Of a stretch of 64,000 nt of DNA, positions 35,239 to 45,778 are shown piece after piece. Within the stretch, counting starts at the first letter, position 1. Each line of letters opens with the position of its first letter. The position numbers were made by a program, and so were the translations under genes. A model generated the notes under the pieces. That model made no database searches. It had not been told where the DNA came from and saw only the letters and a list, made by a program, of their open reading frames with translations. Source of the stretch: a virus (taxonomy: Duplodnaviria; Caudoviricetes); the IMG/VR virus record IMGVR_UViG_3300033066_001283, positions 1 through 64,000 of that record. One strand, written 5' to 3'.

Positions 35239-37464
35239 TTACCTCGTCATTACATTATACTCATCTAGAATTGGTGAAGATGAGGTTTGGTTAGATTTAA
35301 ACATTTCAGTTTTAATAAAGAGATTTGAAGGCTCTAAAACTGAGGGTTTAAAGATTAACAAGCTTGATGGATCAGCTCCACTAAAGTATCCATCAATTAC
35401 ATTCTTTGATTTCACATTATATAGAATAGTATCTAGTGTTTTATTCCATGCCCAGAATTGAGAATCATAGGGTAAGTTCCATGTTAGGTCAAATTCTGTA
35501 ACTGGTTTAAATTCACCTGATCCTACTATTCTAGTTATTTCATGCTCAGAAGAATTCCTAAAGTTCCAGTCAAATATTGATGGAGAAATTAAAAGCTGAC
35601 AATAGGGATCAGAATCATAAGTATCAGTACCAAATTGAGCAGGATCAGTGATTGTAAACATCAATTCAACTGTATTCCAACCTGCTTGGAATGAAAGGGG
35701 GAAGGTTATTCCATTTCTACCATTAGTCTCAATTGAGTCATCCTGATATATTGTATAAGGTTTATCGTCATTTAACACTGCTGAGCCGTTTATATACAGT
35801 GAGAAGGCCACAAATGATTTACCAATTTCTCTATATGACCTAGCTCCCGCAGCTCGATATCCTTGTAAGAACCAGTACTTAGATTCATTATAGAAAAACG
35901 GAGTTGGGCAATAAACATTAAATTTTAGTTTATAGTTAAAACCATACTGCATTCTTTGTAATGCTTTGTCACCAACTAGAGGAATTATACATAACTGCTT
36001 ATAGCTAGCTAATGCTCCTAATTCTGTATATGTGGCATACCTATTAAATAACATTGCTTGGCCATTTCTATTAATAGCATTACTAAGAGGGTAAATAGTT
36101 TTAGCATAATCTTGAATTTGAAGGGAGTCATTACGAAGATCAGTATCAACCACATTGGACCAAGATCTTAATAAGTTCGAGAAATCTTTAGTATCTGGAA
36201 TATGACTAGTTTCACCATCTTCTCTCCAATCCTTTTTAAAAGCTGTAACTTCTACCTGGTCCTCTCCTAAGTGAAGAACACCTTCTCCAACATTAGTGGT
36301 AGTTAGTCCGCCTAATGATACACCATATAAGCCTCCTAAACTATCTGTACCTACTGCTGCAGTAAATGGAACATTTATTGAGGCTAGTGATGCATCATCA
36401 ACTGATGTCCAAGAATCTGGTGATACCAAGTTCCATGGTCCAGTAATATCTGTAGCGTAGTAGAATTTAACAGAAGAGCCTGATGGAATAGTTCCTTTAT
36501 ACCCAATTTTTATCTCAGAAAAAGGATTATCAGGTTTTAAAAGATTACTATATATTACGCAAGAATCATTACTACTACTGGTATAAAGAGTTATATCTCT
36601 AAATCCAGCTATCTTTGGAAGAGTAGATGATGAAGACTTGAAAACAATCTTCATACCTACAGCATCTGTAAATGTTAATGAATAGGTAGATTTACTATAA
36701 ATAATACTTTTACTAACACTCTTAAATCCAGTACCATTATCTAAGAGTAGTTCAAACTCCACACCAAAGCCAACTGGATCTAAACATATAGAAGTTATAT
36801 TAGTCTTAGGAAAGCTGATACTAATATTAGCAGTTTCCTCTGTAAAGAACATAACTCTCCAGTTAGTAGTATTTCTACCATCAAATGCAAAGCTAGCTTG
36901 GGATCCTGTTTGATTTGCTGATAAGGGAATATTGACTGAGGTTATAGTAATTTCTTGTGGTAAGATTGTTCTATTAGAATCGAGTGAAGGGATAAAAGCA
37001 ATACCTTCAGATGTATCAAACCATGCAGTAGAAGCAGATGAAACGTTAGTAATAGAATTAAATGTTTCAGTAAATATCCAAGAAGCTAAGGTACTAGTTC
37101 TCAGCTTTTCATTCTCAATCTTAGATTTGATATCCTTACTCTTATTTTTCACAAGCTGAGATCTATTCCAAATCTCTAAGTTAATAGAGTTAAGATTGGA
37201 CTCAAGAGTATTAAGACTCATGTTAAGAACACTTAGATCTCTCTGTACCCCAACAAAGTACTTAGCCATTCTGCTAATCTCAATTGGATTACCTGTCTGT
37301 GCCTTATAAACAGGCATTGTAGGACTCCCATAAGGTGACCTACCAACATCTGAAACACCTAGTATTTCCTGAAATATCTCAGGAATTCTTTGTATCGAGG
37401 ATGTTTTAATACCCTTCATTGAAGCTTCTTCAAATAAAGCTACTTTCTGAATTCGTTCAATCAT
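35239..37464 (-). CDS. putative baseplate/tail structural protein with discoidin-like domain
   Basis: coiled coil, FTETFN, AFDGRNTTNW; architecture shared with the two adjacent large genes. Confidence 0.55.
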   Translation of the reverse strand: MIERIQKVALFEEASMKGIKTSSIQRIPEIFQEILGVSDVGRSPYGSPTMPVYKAQTGNPIEISRMAKYFVGVQRDLSVLNMSLNTLESNLNSINLEIWNRSQLVKNKSKDIKSKIENEKLRTSTLASWIFTETFNSITNVSSASTAWFDTSEGIAFIPSLDSNRTILPQEITITSVNIPLSANQTGSQASFAFDGRNTTNWRVMFFTEETANISISFPKTNITSICLDPVGFGVEFELLLDNGTGFKSVSKSIIYSKSTYSLTFTDAVGMKIVFKSSSSTLPKIAGFRDITLYTSSSNDSCVIYSNLLKPDNPFSEIKIGYKGTIPSGSSVKFYYATDITGPWNLVSPDSWTSVDDASLASINVPFTAAVGTDSLGGLYGVSLGGLTTTNVGEGVLHLGEDQVEVTAFKKDWREDGETSHIPDTKDFSNLLRSWSNVVDTDLRNDSLQIQDYAKTIYPLSNAINRNGQAMLFNRYATYTELGALASYKQLCIIPLVGDKALQRMQYGFNYKLKFNVYCPTPFFYNESKYWFLQGYRAAGARSYREIGKSFVAFSLYINGSAVLNDDKPYTIYQDDSIETNGRNGITFPLSFQAGWNTVELMFTITDPAQFGTDTYDSDPYCQLLISPSIFDWNFRNSSEHEITRIVGSGEFKPVTEFDLTWNLPYDSQFWAWNKTLDTILYNVKSKNVIDGYFSGADPSSLLIFKPSVLEPSNLFIKTEMFKSNQTSSSPILDEYNVMTR

Positions 37465-39437
37465 TATAATCCTTGCAATGCATAGTTCTTAAGACTTGCA
37501 GTATGGTATATATCCTTAGGGTTACCTTTAATTATAGCTTTAAAATACACACTACTAGTAGGGGAATCAAAGGTATATAAATTCTCACCATTTGATCCAA
37601 GCTTATTAATTAGTTCCCACTTAGCTCCATCTTTAGAGATGAAATAAGTAATCCATGTATCTTGTCCCCATTCATCAGGAACATCTTCAGTTACAAACAA
37701 TCCAACTGATTTAACTGGAACAGTAAATTCTCTTTTAACACTTTGAATTATACCAGTAGAGTCATACTGCATTTTCATGACAGTAACATCTTTTAACCCA
37801 ACAGCAGCTCTCCAACCTTTGAATATATCGAAGTCAACCTTATTAGGATCTCTTACATCTGTAAGAACAGTGGAATCATGGCTATACGATCCAATTCCAC
37901 CTACCAAATCATTCAGTAAAAATGCTGCTCCAATATATGGCATAGCTTTACCAAGCCAAGAAGCTGCTTTACCTAAGATAGGAGCTGCTGACCCAAATAC
38001 TTGAACAGGAGATGGAGTTTGTCCCTTTGTTAAAATATTAGTTTGGTTTACATTGTTATAAACATCGGTAACAGCAATACCAGTCTTTAGAATTCCACCA
38101 ATAGCACCCACTATTGAAGATTGTTTATTCTCAAACTTAAGAGGAGGTGGTTTCTCATTCACTGGGAATCTTTGATATTTAATCCATTTATCTACAGACT
38201 TCCAGAATAGTCCACCTCTAACACTTCTTTCCTGTGTAACTTGTTCCTTATATGGATGCGCTAACCCTTTAGCTTGTAAAACTGGTTCTCCTCTTAAAGA
38301 AACATTAATACTTTTAATCTTTCTATTAGTTGGAATGAAGTAAACAGAGCCAACTGATGCGGAGCCTGTTCTCTTAATGATCTGCTGTTGAAGAACTGTA
38401 ACTACTTTATCTGAACCTAGAATAACATTCTCAGCAATTAGGATAGTAGAGTTATCATCTAGGGTAGCTAATACCTTATCAATATAGATTGGAGAATCAT
38501 CTCTAGTAAAAGGTATAAGCTTAATAGCTGAAAGCTCTTGAGGTATTGTAAAATTCAATACGAATGACAAGTTAACATTACTAGGTGTGTCAGTAAAATC
38601 AGCCAAGTCTACTTCTTGGGTTGAGCCATCAGGCCATTCTAATTTAGCTTTCCAATCAAAATTAGAAGTAATCTCTTTAACATTCTTAGTTGTAGCTACT
38701 GAATCTGAGAATACAAATGATCTACCAAACATGGCTACTTTCTGATTTGGTGAAATTGCATTTCTCTCATATTCAAACCAAGTAGTTGTATCATTATCAA
38801 ATACCTTAGCGAAGTTACGGCTATCTGAAGTATCTAATGTTACAGTAGGCTCTTTATCTGAACCATTTAACTGAGAATTAATAACAATTAAGTTAGCACC
38901 TGGAATACCATTAGAGTTTGGATCAAAGGTAACTGAATAATCTGATATAATATTAAGAGAAACTGGAGATAATGTTGCTACTCCATAATCAGTATCAACT
39001 AAAGCAGTAGTATTATTCTTATCAATAAAAGTAGTGTTATTGAAAGTATCAGATACCCAATAAAACTTAGCACTCTCATCAAATGGTACTGCTGTTATAG
39101 ATTGATAGGAATCTACAGCTTCAGATAATAATTTCTCAGTAGCTTCAAGCTCAGCTTTTAAGTTATTATTAGTTTCAGAAATATTAGAATAGATAGTTTC
39201 TAATCTATTACTACCTGAAATAACATGATCAGAAGAAAGCTTGAAGTTATTTCCAACTAGATCATCAAGATTAATTGGATCAGCTAATGGAGCAATAGCT
39301 TCTAAATTAGAATTATTATGTTTAAGGGCCCTAAACACACTCCTTTCTATCTCTAAAATATTAGCATTTTGAGAGTCTATATCTTGAATATGTTTAATTA
39401 AATCTTGTGAAGATCTATTCTGATCAAAATTATCCAA
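37464..39437 (-). CDS. putative baseplate/tail structural protein
   Basis: coiled coil, VSDTFNN, VFDNDTTTWF; internal G/A-rich hydrophobic stretch. Confidence 0.55.
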   Translation of the reverse strand: MDNFDQNRSSQDLIKHIQDIDSQNANILEIERSVFRALKHNNSNLEAIAPLADPINLDDLVGNNFKLSSDHVISGSNRLETIYSNISETNNNLKAELEATEKLLSEAVDSYQSITAVPFDESAKFYWVSDTFNNTTFIDKNNTTALVDTDYGVATLSPVSLNIISDYSVTFDPNSNGIPGANLIVINSQLNGSDKEPTVTLDTSDSRNFAKVFDNDTTTWFEYERNAISPNQKVAMFGRSFVFSDSVATTKNVKEITSNFDWKAKLEWPDGSTQEVDLADFTDTPSNVNLSFVLNFTIPQELSAIKLIPFTRDDSPIYIDKVLATLDDNSTILIAENVILGSDKVVTVLQQQIIKRTGSASVGSVYFIPTNRKIKSINVSLRGEPVLQAKGLAHPYKEQVTQERSVRGGLFWKSVDKWIKYQRFPVNEKPPPLKFENKQSSIVGAIGGILKTGIAVTDVYNNVNQTNILTKGQTPSPVQVFGSAAPILGKAASWLGKAMPYIGAAFLLNDLVGGIGSYSHDSTVLTDVRDPNKVDFDIFKGWRAAVGLKDVTVMKMQYDSTGIIQSVKREFTVPVKSVGLFVTEDVPDEWGQDTWITYFISKDGAKWELINKLGSNGENLYTFDSPTSSVYFKAIIKGNPKDIYHTASLKNYALQGL

Positions 39438-42374
39438 TTAATTGCTCCTAATAGGTGTAGAGGATCCCTCTTGCACTTTAAGTGTAAGCGTATGAATATT
39501 AGGTGTAGCTGCAGAAGAAGATGTTCTTATAATTTCTACAGCCATTCTTGGAGAAATATTTAAAGATTCATACTCAACAGTAATTTGTGCAGGTATATCT
39601 CCATATTTAAAGAAGTCTTTAGCAAAGACTACATCTCCAAGACTGGTGATATAATACTCCACAATTGGATAATACTTCTTACTAAGTTTGTTAAACTCTG
39701 GAGGAGTAAGCGTAGGTACCTCACCCGTAATATAGTTAGTTTTATTCCTAGTAATAAATGGAGTTTTAGAACTGGCAATTATCTGTCCCCTTAGATCAGA
39801 TAAGCTTGAACCACTAGGAACAATGCTACTGATAAGTGTATTAGATAGTGTGTTACCCATACTTTCATCTATAGCACAATATTCAGCTAAAAGTTGAGTA
39901 TAAGATGAGGGAGCAGTAGTTAAAACTGTGATCAATCCTTTACTGGGATCAGTAACCTCAAATTCAGAAGGAAGAAGTGGAGTATACCTATTTAAACTAG
40001 AACTATACCAGTATAATCTAAGTAATGATCCATTAATACCTGGAATAATTGGATAAAACTTAGTTGCGTAGCTATTAGTTTTGAAAACATCTGCTGAGAA
40101 TTGAGAACTACTAGTTAATTGCTGAGTGGTATCAGTATTAATAATAGTATCACTATTCTTAATTGCAGCTGGTACCGAGGTAAGAACTTCACCAACAATT
40201 GGTCGTATCTTAGATACATCAGGAGTTCCATAGGTATCTGGATATGCTATAAAGGTGTCTCCCTCTACTGTAACTCTAACTGGAATGTACCCTGACTTTG
40301 ATGAAATAGAATTAAAGTCAGAAGTTATTGCTGTATTTCCTCTAATCCTATCTTTAACATCTCCATTAGTTGTACCATATAATAACTGAGCATTAGGATC
40401 AAAGTTAGTTGGCCAAATACTATTATCATTCAACCAGCTAGTTATACTCTTAACTCTAACCTTTCTTAGATGAAGTGGTGAAGACAATGTAACTTTACCA
40501 TCTCTATCAGTTCCATCAAACACCTCTTTAATAGGAATAGGTGTAGTTATATAGAAAATTTCATCCTGTTTTGGCCAGCCAGCATCCCTTTCTTCATCAG
40601 TATAGAAGTAAAGAATTTTACCATCTTGTATGGGTGATGTTGCGTTATTAAATGGTGAGCCAATAAAGAATGGAACAATGTTAATAGACTTAGCTACATC
40701 ATCTGCATATGGATAAATCTTAAATCCAATCTGGGATCCATCTTGTCCATCAACTTCAGTAGTAACCCAAGCTTGTCTAATTTCTCTCTTACTTTTAAGA
40801 GGCAGGGAAACTACTGATCCTCTTGGAAGATGTTCTCTATATCTTAGATCTAATTCTTTAATTCCAAATCTGTAACTGAATAAAGATACTCCAGGGCCCT
40901 TAGATTCTAGAAGATCAACATTATCTTTAATCAATGCATTAACAGTTGAATCTATGTTTAGTTTAGGAACAGGTGTATTAACACCTGGTTTAACTAATGT
41001 CTCTCTTCTAGGATTAATCTGAGAAATAACAAATGTGAATCTATTAGATAGAACTGTCTTATCTAGAGAAACAGTAGTGGGAGATGAAATAGTTTTACTA
41101 ATCTGACTGGATTCTTCACCTAGAAGTAAAGAAGGTGATGCAAAGTATGCTGATGCATTACTTGTTGAAGTAAATATACCCAGATCTAAATACCCAGATG
41201 CTGCATTTGTAGGTATAAAATCTATTAACTTATAACCTGAGAAGAATCCTGGTGGAAAATCTTCTTTAAGTTTATAGTTAATAACTCTAGAAGAACTATC
41301 AATCCATACTAATCTAGCTCCAGAGTATAGATTACCTAACCCCTTCATAGAATAATTTACTTCAGCTCTTCTACCAATTGGTAAGCCAGTTTCTCCAGAG
41401 ACTGAAGCTGTAGATGATGGAATAGCAAATGTGTATCTAACATATCCTGTTGGAGCAGAAACTACAGCACCCACATCACCAGCAATACCATATGCAGTTC
41501 CAGTTAATACTGTTCCTGATGTTCTCCAGTATGAGAATGAAGAAGCTATAGATGTAGTTAAGGAAGCTGGGGTCCAAGATACTGATACAAGATCAAATGG
41601 TTCAGTAGTAACAGGATCAATGAATACTTCAGTAGCTAGAGTTGGTCTATCTAAATAGTATGTTACTTGAATAGCCATGCCCTGTTTATATGAATCTGGT
41701 AACCAAGCTATATCATTATTGTTAGCACGAATCAAATTAGGAGAATATGTTATTGCAGACCAGAAACTGTTTCTATCCCCGTCAACTATATCATAAATGC
41801 TACCACTCTCAAAGATCTGTGTAAGAGTATTTTCAACTACAACTCTTCCTGCAAATCCACCTAATGATCTAATAGAACTGAAGAAGCCTGTATCCTTAAG
41901 TCTAAAGACATGCTCCTCATCCACATTCTCAAGTGGAGGATAATCAATATAGTATTTATCAGAAGATTCAATTAAATCAGTAGATCCACCTTTAATTCCA
42001 ATAGATGTTGAAGCACTATACTTAGTGCCTGTCTGTATAATCTTTAGACCATTCTCTATCTCTTTTAATCTTTTCTCAGATTCAATTAACCGAGCATTTA
42101 ATTGGGTATAGAGACCAGAAATATAAGAATCTGCTTGATCAATCGATTTATAAATAGCCCCAACATTTGAGTATAAGTAGTTAGAAGCATTATTCCATTC
42201 TGTGCTTGTATTTATAAAGGATGGTAGTACACCTAGGTTATTAACTATTGGAGACGTCAGCTGGTCTAGATTAATATTTACACTTACATCAGTACTAAGA
42301 TTATTCAGCATATAATTGTATGCTTGCTTAGCCCAGGTAAATGGTTTTAGATAAGCTTCTGTATACTCTAACAT
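39438..42374 (-). CDS. large putative baseplate/tail structural protein
   Basis: 978 aa; coiled coil, IVDGDRNSFW. Confidence 0.55.
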   Translation of the reverse strand: MLEYTEAYLKPFTWAKQAYNYMLNNLSTDVSVNINLDQLTSPIVNNLGVLPSFINTSTEWNNASNYLYSNVGAIYKSIDQADSYISGLYTQLNARLIESEKRLKEIENGLKIIQTGTKYSASTSIGIKGGSTDLIESSDKYYIDYPPLENVDEEHVFRLKDTGFFSSIRSLGGFAGRVVVENTLTQIFESGSIYDIVDGDRNSFWSAITYSPNLIRANNNDIAWLPDSYKQGMAIQVTYYLDRPTLATEVFIDPVTTEPFDLVSVSWTPASLTTSIASSFSYWRTSGTVLTGTAYGIAGDVGAVVSAPTGYVRYTFAIPSSTASVSGETGLPIGRRAEVNYSMKGLGNLYSGARLVWIDSSSRVINYKLKEDFPPGFFSGYKLIDFIPTNAASGYLDLGIFTSTSNASAYFASPSLLLGEESSQISKTISSPTTVSLDKTVLSNRFTFVISQINPRRETLVKPGVNTPVPKLNIDSTVNALIKDNVDLLESKGPGVSLFSYRFGIKELDLRYREHLPRGSVVSLPLKSKREIRQAWVTTEVDGQDGSQIGFKIYPYADDVAKSINIVPFFIGSPFNNATSPIQDGKILYFYTDEERDAGWPKQDEIFYITTPIPIKEVFDGTDRDGKVTLSSPLHLRKVRVKSITSWLNDNSIWPTNFDPNAQLLYGTTNGDVKDRIRGNTAITSDFNSISSKSGYIPVRVTVEGDTFIAYPDTYGTPDVSKIRPIVGEVLTSVPAAIKNSDTIINTDTTQQLTSSSQFSADVFKTNSYATKFYPIIPGINGSLLRLYWYSSSLNRYTPLLPSEFEVTDPSKGLITVLTTAPSSYTQLLAEYCAIDESMGNTLSNTLISSIVPSGSSLSDLRGQIIASSKTPFITRNKTNYITGEVPTLTPPEFNKLSKKYYPIVEYYITSLGDVVFAKDFFKYGDIPAQITVEYESLNISPRMAVEIIRTSSSAATPNIHTLTLKVQEGSSTPIRSN

Positions 42375-43943
42375 TTAAATACTCACTGAAACAAGGGGAT
42401 CTGGTGTAACTTTAGCATATAGAACTTTAACTTGTACTGGGTAGTTGTCTACTGATGCAACAATATTTCTAATTTGTACATTAGGTCCAATTAACATTCC
42501 TCTAGACATTCCATTATTTGAGTTTTGGCCTCTTACAAAGAAACCATGTTGGCCCGCACCAGTAATTGGTGAAGAACTGTCTACAGCACTATAAATAGAG
42601 GTCCATGCAGTTCCATTATGGCTAATAGATACACTAACAGTGTTTCCTTGTACTGATAACTTGAAATATGAAGCACCTGCAGCTACATAAGCTGCCATAT
42701 CGTATGTAGCTAACTCTGTTAGTGTTCCTCCTAATATTGCTGAGCTCCAAGATGTACTTGTATGATCATTAGATAGAGAGTTATCATCTAACTTAGGATG
42801 CCACAACGGCACATTAACTGCCTTAATTATTCTAATCCAATTGTGCGCAGTATCATCACCATTAGGGTTTCCTGCACCGTAATAATCACCAAAGGCTATT
42901 CCATAGAAACTAGCACTAGTTAATGAACCTTGGAATCTTACACAAGGACCAAATCTACCTACATATTGTGCAATAGTTGAAGGAGTATTTTGAGTATGGC
43001 ATAAACATAATTTACCAGTATAACTATGATTGGTATAAATAGACTGGAAGATAACTTCTCCATCAGGTGAAGGATCTAAGTTTGCAACTAGATAGCCTCC
43101 TCCACCAGTATTACTCACACCGCTTTGAAGTTGCATCAGCCCCCAGTTTCCAGCATATGTGAAACTCTTATCTATCCATGGAGTTATATTAGTATACAAG
43201 AATTCAGCACTTGTAGTATTTCCAGTATAGTTTATTTGGAGAATAGGAGCAGCCGTTCTATTAGTAGCAATAGTATGGCCTGTCTGATATGAAACAACAT
43301 CCCATTGGCCATTATCGTTAGCATTAAAATTGAAAGCGTAATTCCAACTATTACCATCTACAGCTGTATAGAATAGATCAGTTAAGCTTTGATAATAACT
43401 ATAAGGTCTATAGTCTTTTCTATAAACAGTAATCTGATAATTTCTTCCAGTGGTTGGAGCAAAAGAAGTAAAGAACTGAGGTTGAATAATACACTTATTA
43501 AATGGTTCAGGTGCTGCATAATTATTGTTAGCCCACACACCTTGAACCATAGCTCCACCAGAAGCAGCAGCTACAAAGTAGGTAGAGTGCTTTATTGCAA
43601 ATCCATTATCAGCAAAAGGTGCAGACCCAAATATAGCTGGAACTGTAGCACTAATTACTGCAGAACTTCCTGAGATTGTGGTACTATAGGTCTCAGTTGA
43701 GAATATAACATCAGTACCTCTTAATGAGCTACTAGTTGATGTAACACCGTAGATTGGTCCGCCCAATCTACCATACAAATATCTCTCAATGTTAAAGCAT
43801 GCATCAAAATAATGATTCCAATGACTGTCTTTAATCATTGCAGTTGGTAATTGGGTACCTCCTGAAGAAAATGCTGTTTTAATTACAAATTGATCTAGGG
43901 ACCCAGGAAATACAGATGTTGATCCGGTTCTGTATAAGTTCAT
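42375..43943 (-). CDS. putative tail fibre / receptor-binding protein with lectin-like C-terminus
   Basis: FPGSLD...HWN...D..FNIE anchor; FKLSVQGNTVSV...ITGAGQHGF. Confidence 0.5.
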   Translation of the reverse strand: MNLYRTGSTSVFPGSLDQFVIKTAFSSGGTQLPTAMIKDSHWNHYFDACFNIERYLYGRLGGPIYGVTSTSSSLRGTDVIFSTETYSTTISGSSAVISATVPAIFGSAPFADNGFAIKHSTYFVAAASGGAMVQGVWANNNYAAPEPFNKCIIQPQFFTSFAPTTGRNYQITVYRKDYRPYSYYQSLTDLFYTAVDGNSWNYAFNFNANDNGQWDVVSYQTGHTIATNRTAAPILQINYTGNTTSAEFLYTNITPWIDKSFTYAGNWGLMQLQSGVSNTGGGGYLVANLDPSPDGEVIFQSIYTNHSYTGKLCLCHTQNTPSTIAQYVGRFGPCVRFQGSLTSASFYGIAFGDYYGAGNPNGDDTAHNWIRIIKAVNVPLWHPKLDDNSLSNDHTSTSWSSAILGGTLTELATYDMAAYVAAGASYFKLSVQGNTVSVSISHNGTAWTSIYSAVDSSSPITGAGQHGFFVRGQNSNNGMSRGMLIGPNVQIRNIVASVDNYPVQVKVLYAKVTPDPLVSVSI

Positions 43944-45100
43944 ACTCCACCTCTAGCTATTCCCATTAATTTCACTGTAACTATTCCTGAAGCTATATTT
44001 GATACTGTATTAATCTTTACTCCTTGATACCCTGAAACTGTATTAGTAGTATTATCATTTATCCAGTCAGATTTCATAGCTATAAATCCAATATTATAGC
44101 TTAACTCTCCAGAATTATTAACACTGTATCTAAGAGAATAAGGCTGCACCCAAAGAGGATAATTAGTTCCACCATTAGTAACCCATCCTATTGCTGAGAC
44201 ATTATAACAATTCAACGTTACATTAGGAGCTAAGATTGGGTCAGGACTTCTCTTTGTTGCTGAAAGATTATTAATAGTTTGATGCGTAACTTCTCTTCCA
44301 TATGCTAACCATTTAACATTTTGCTGATAGACAATACTAGACGCGCCAGTAGTAGTTCCAGTTACCGTAATAGTAAACACATAGTTATTAGTTCTAAGAG
44401 GTGCTCCACCTGCTGATACTATTCCTGATGATGTTAATCCATGAATAACATTCTCAGTTTGATATAAACAGTCTCCTAACTTATTAACATCCTCTGATTT
44501 AACCTGGTGTATTAATCCATGACCATTATAAACTGGATTAAGATTATTCAAAGAAGTATTAGCAGAATAAAGAACATCTCTTAAGTTATTTGATCGTGAA
44601 GAAAATAATGATCTAGTACCAGTTAGATAAGTTTGGGTAGTGTAATAAATTCTGAGTATTACATAATCTAAATAGTAAGTTTTATTAGAAGTTGTAGTAG
44701 TTAACAGGACACCTAGGTTAGCATTATCATAAAGTTCATAATAAAGGGGTGATGTTCCCCACATATCAGTAAAACTACCAGCAGTACCAGTTGATAAAGA
44801 TGTGGTAAAACTTAAAGTCTTAGTATTTCCAGTAGCAGTTGGTACATCTCTACCAGTCATAAGTCTTAGATTCATACTAGCTGAGGCTGAAGCTTTGCCA
44901 GCTACTTCTACTTCAAATCCAGTAATTACTATGTTCTTTGGGAGAGAGGTGGATTGGAATCCTAAGATATAGAGATTGTCATTACCTAATGAGGAAGCTT
45001 TAGTAGCATAGCTTCCAACCTCTGATAAAACTGCTGCATTGCCAACCCAATACCCTTGGTCTGAATACATGTATGTGGGGTAAATAGAAAGTGATGCCAT
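43940..45100 (-). CDS. putative tail/virion protein
   Basis: FQSTSLP...ITGFEVEV...DMWG...YLDYV.LRIYY; DVNKLGD..YQTE. Confidence 0.5.
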   Translation of the reverse strand: MASLSIYPTYMYSDQGYWVGNAAVLSEVGSYATKASSLGNDNLYILGFQSTSLPKNIVITGFEVEVAGKASASASMNLRLMTGRDVPTATGNTKTLSFTTSLSTGTAGSFTDMWGTSPLYYELYDNANLGVLLTTTTSNKTYYLDYVILRIYYTTQTYLTGTRSLFSSRSNNLRDVLYSANTSLNNLNPVYNGHGLIHQVKSEDVNKLGDCLYQTENVIHGLTSSGIVSAGGAPLRTNNYVFTITVTGTTTGASSIVYQQNVKWLAYGREVTHQTINNLSATKRSPDPILAPNVTLNCYNVSAIGWVTNGGTNYPLWVQPYSLRYSVNNSGELSYNIGFIAMKSDWINDNTTNTVSGYQGVKINTVSNIASGIVTVKLMGIARGGV

Positions 45101-45774
45101 TATCCAACTCCTGTAAGTGTAACTCTAAGATAGACTCTAGTATCCCCACTAAATATAGTACTAAGATTAGGTAGAGTTGCTCCTAAGCCACTAATTCTTA
45201 TATCTATTAATGAGCCTCTAATTAGTAGACATCCTGATGAAGGAATAGCATGTACATTTACTGCCCATCTAGTTAAATCTAAAGTTTCATCATCAGAGTA
45301 TAGAGATCCAGAAACTAATGGATAGTTATCAATTCTATTAAAATACCCTAAAGCATAGTTAATAGTATTAGGATGATCTATATAGATCATATTCTTTCTA
45401 CTAACATTACTGGTCCAATTATTATAATTTACATCTGTATTTGAAGTTATAACACACTCAAAAGGTATAACATGTGAGGCTGGAGATTTACCTTGATTTA
45501 AAGCACCTAAGGATGAGAATGCTAAAATTTCATTCATTGATATTGGAGGTAAATGATAGGTATAGGCTATAGTATTTAGAGAGTTATCTCCACTAGCACT
45601 TGCTGTAACTAAATTAAACTGAACAACGTCAATAAGATTTCTAACTTTATTGAATCTTCCAGCATAAAGTTTAGTATAAGAATCATATCCTGGAGCAGTT
45701 CCAAAATCATATAAAGATTCCCAGTTATCTAAAGCATATGGAAACTGTATTGTGCTAATAATAGGATCTGCCAT
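45100..45774 (-). CDS. putative tail/virion protein
   Basis: FPYALD...FNKVRN.I..VQ anchor motif. Confidence 0.5.
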   Translation of the reverse strand: MADPIISTIQFPYALDNWESLYDFGTAPGYDSYTKLYAGRFNKVRNLIDVVQFNLVTASASGDNSLNTIAYTYHLPPISMNEILAFSSLGALNQGKSPASHVIPFECVITSNTDVNYNNWTSNVSRKNMIYIDHPNTINYALGYFNRIDNYPLVSGSLYSDDETLDLTRWAVNVHAIPSSGCLLIRGSLIDIRISGLGATLPNLSTIFSGDTRVYLRVTLTGVG

Positions 45775-45778
45775 TTAA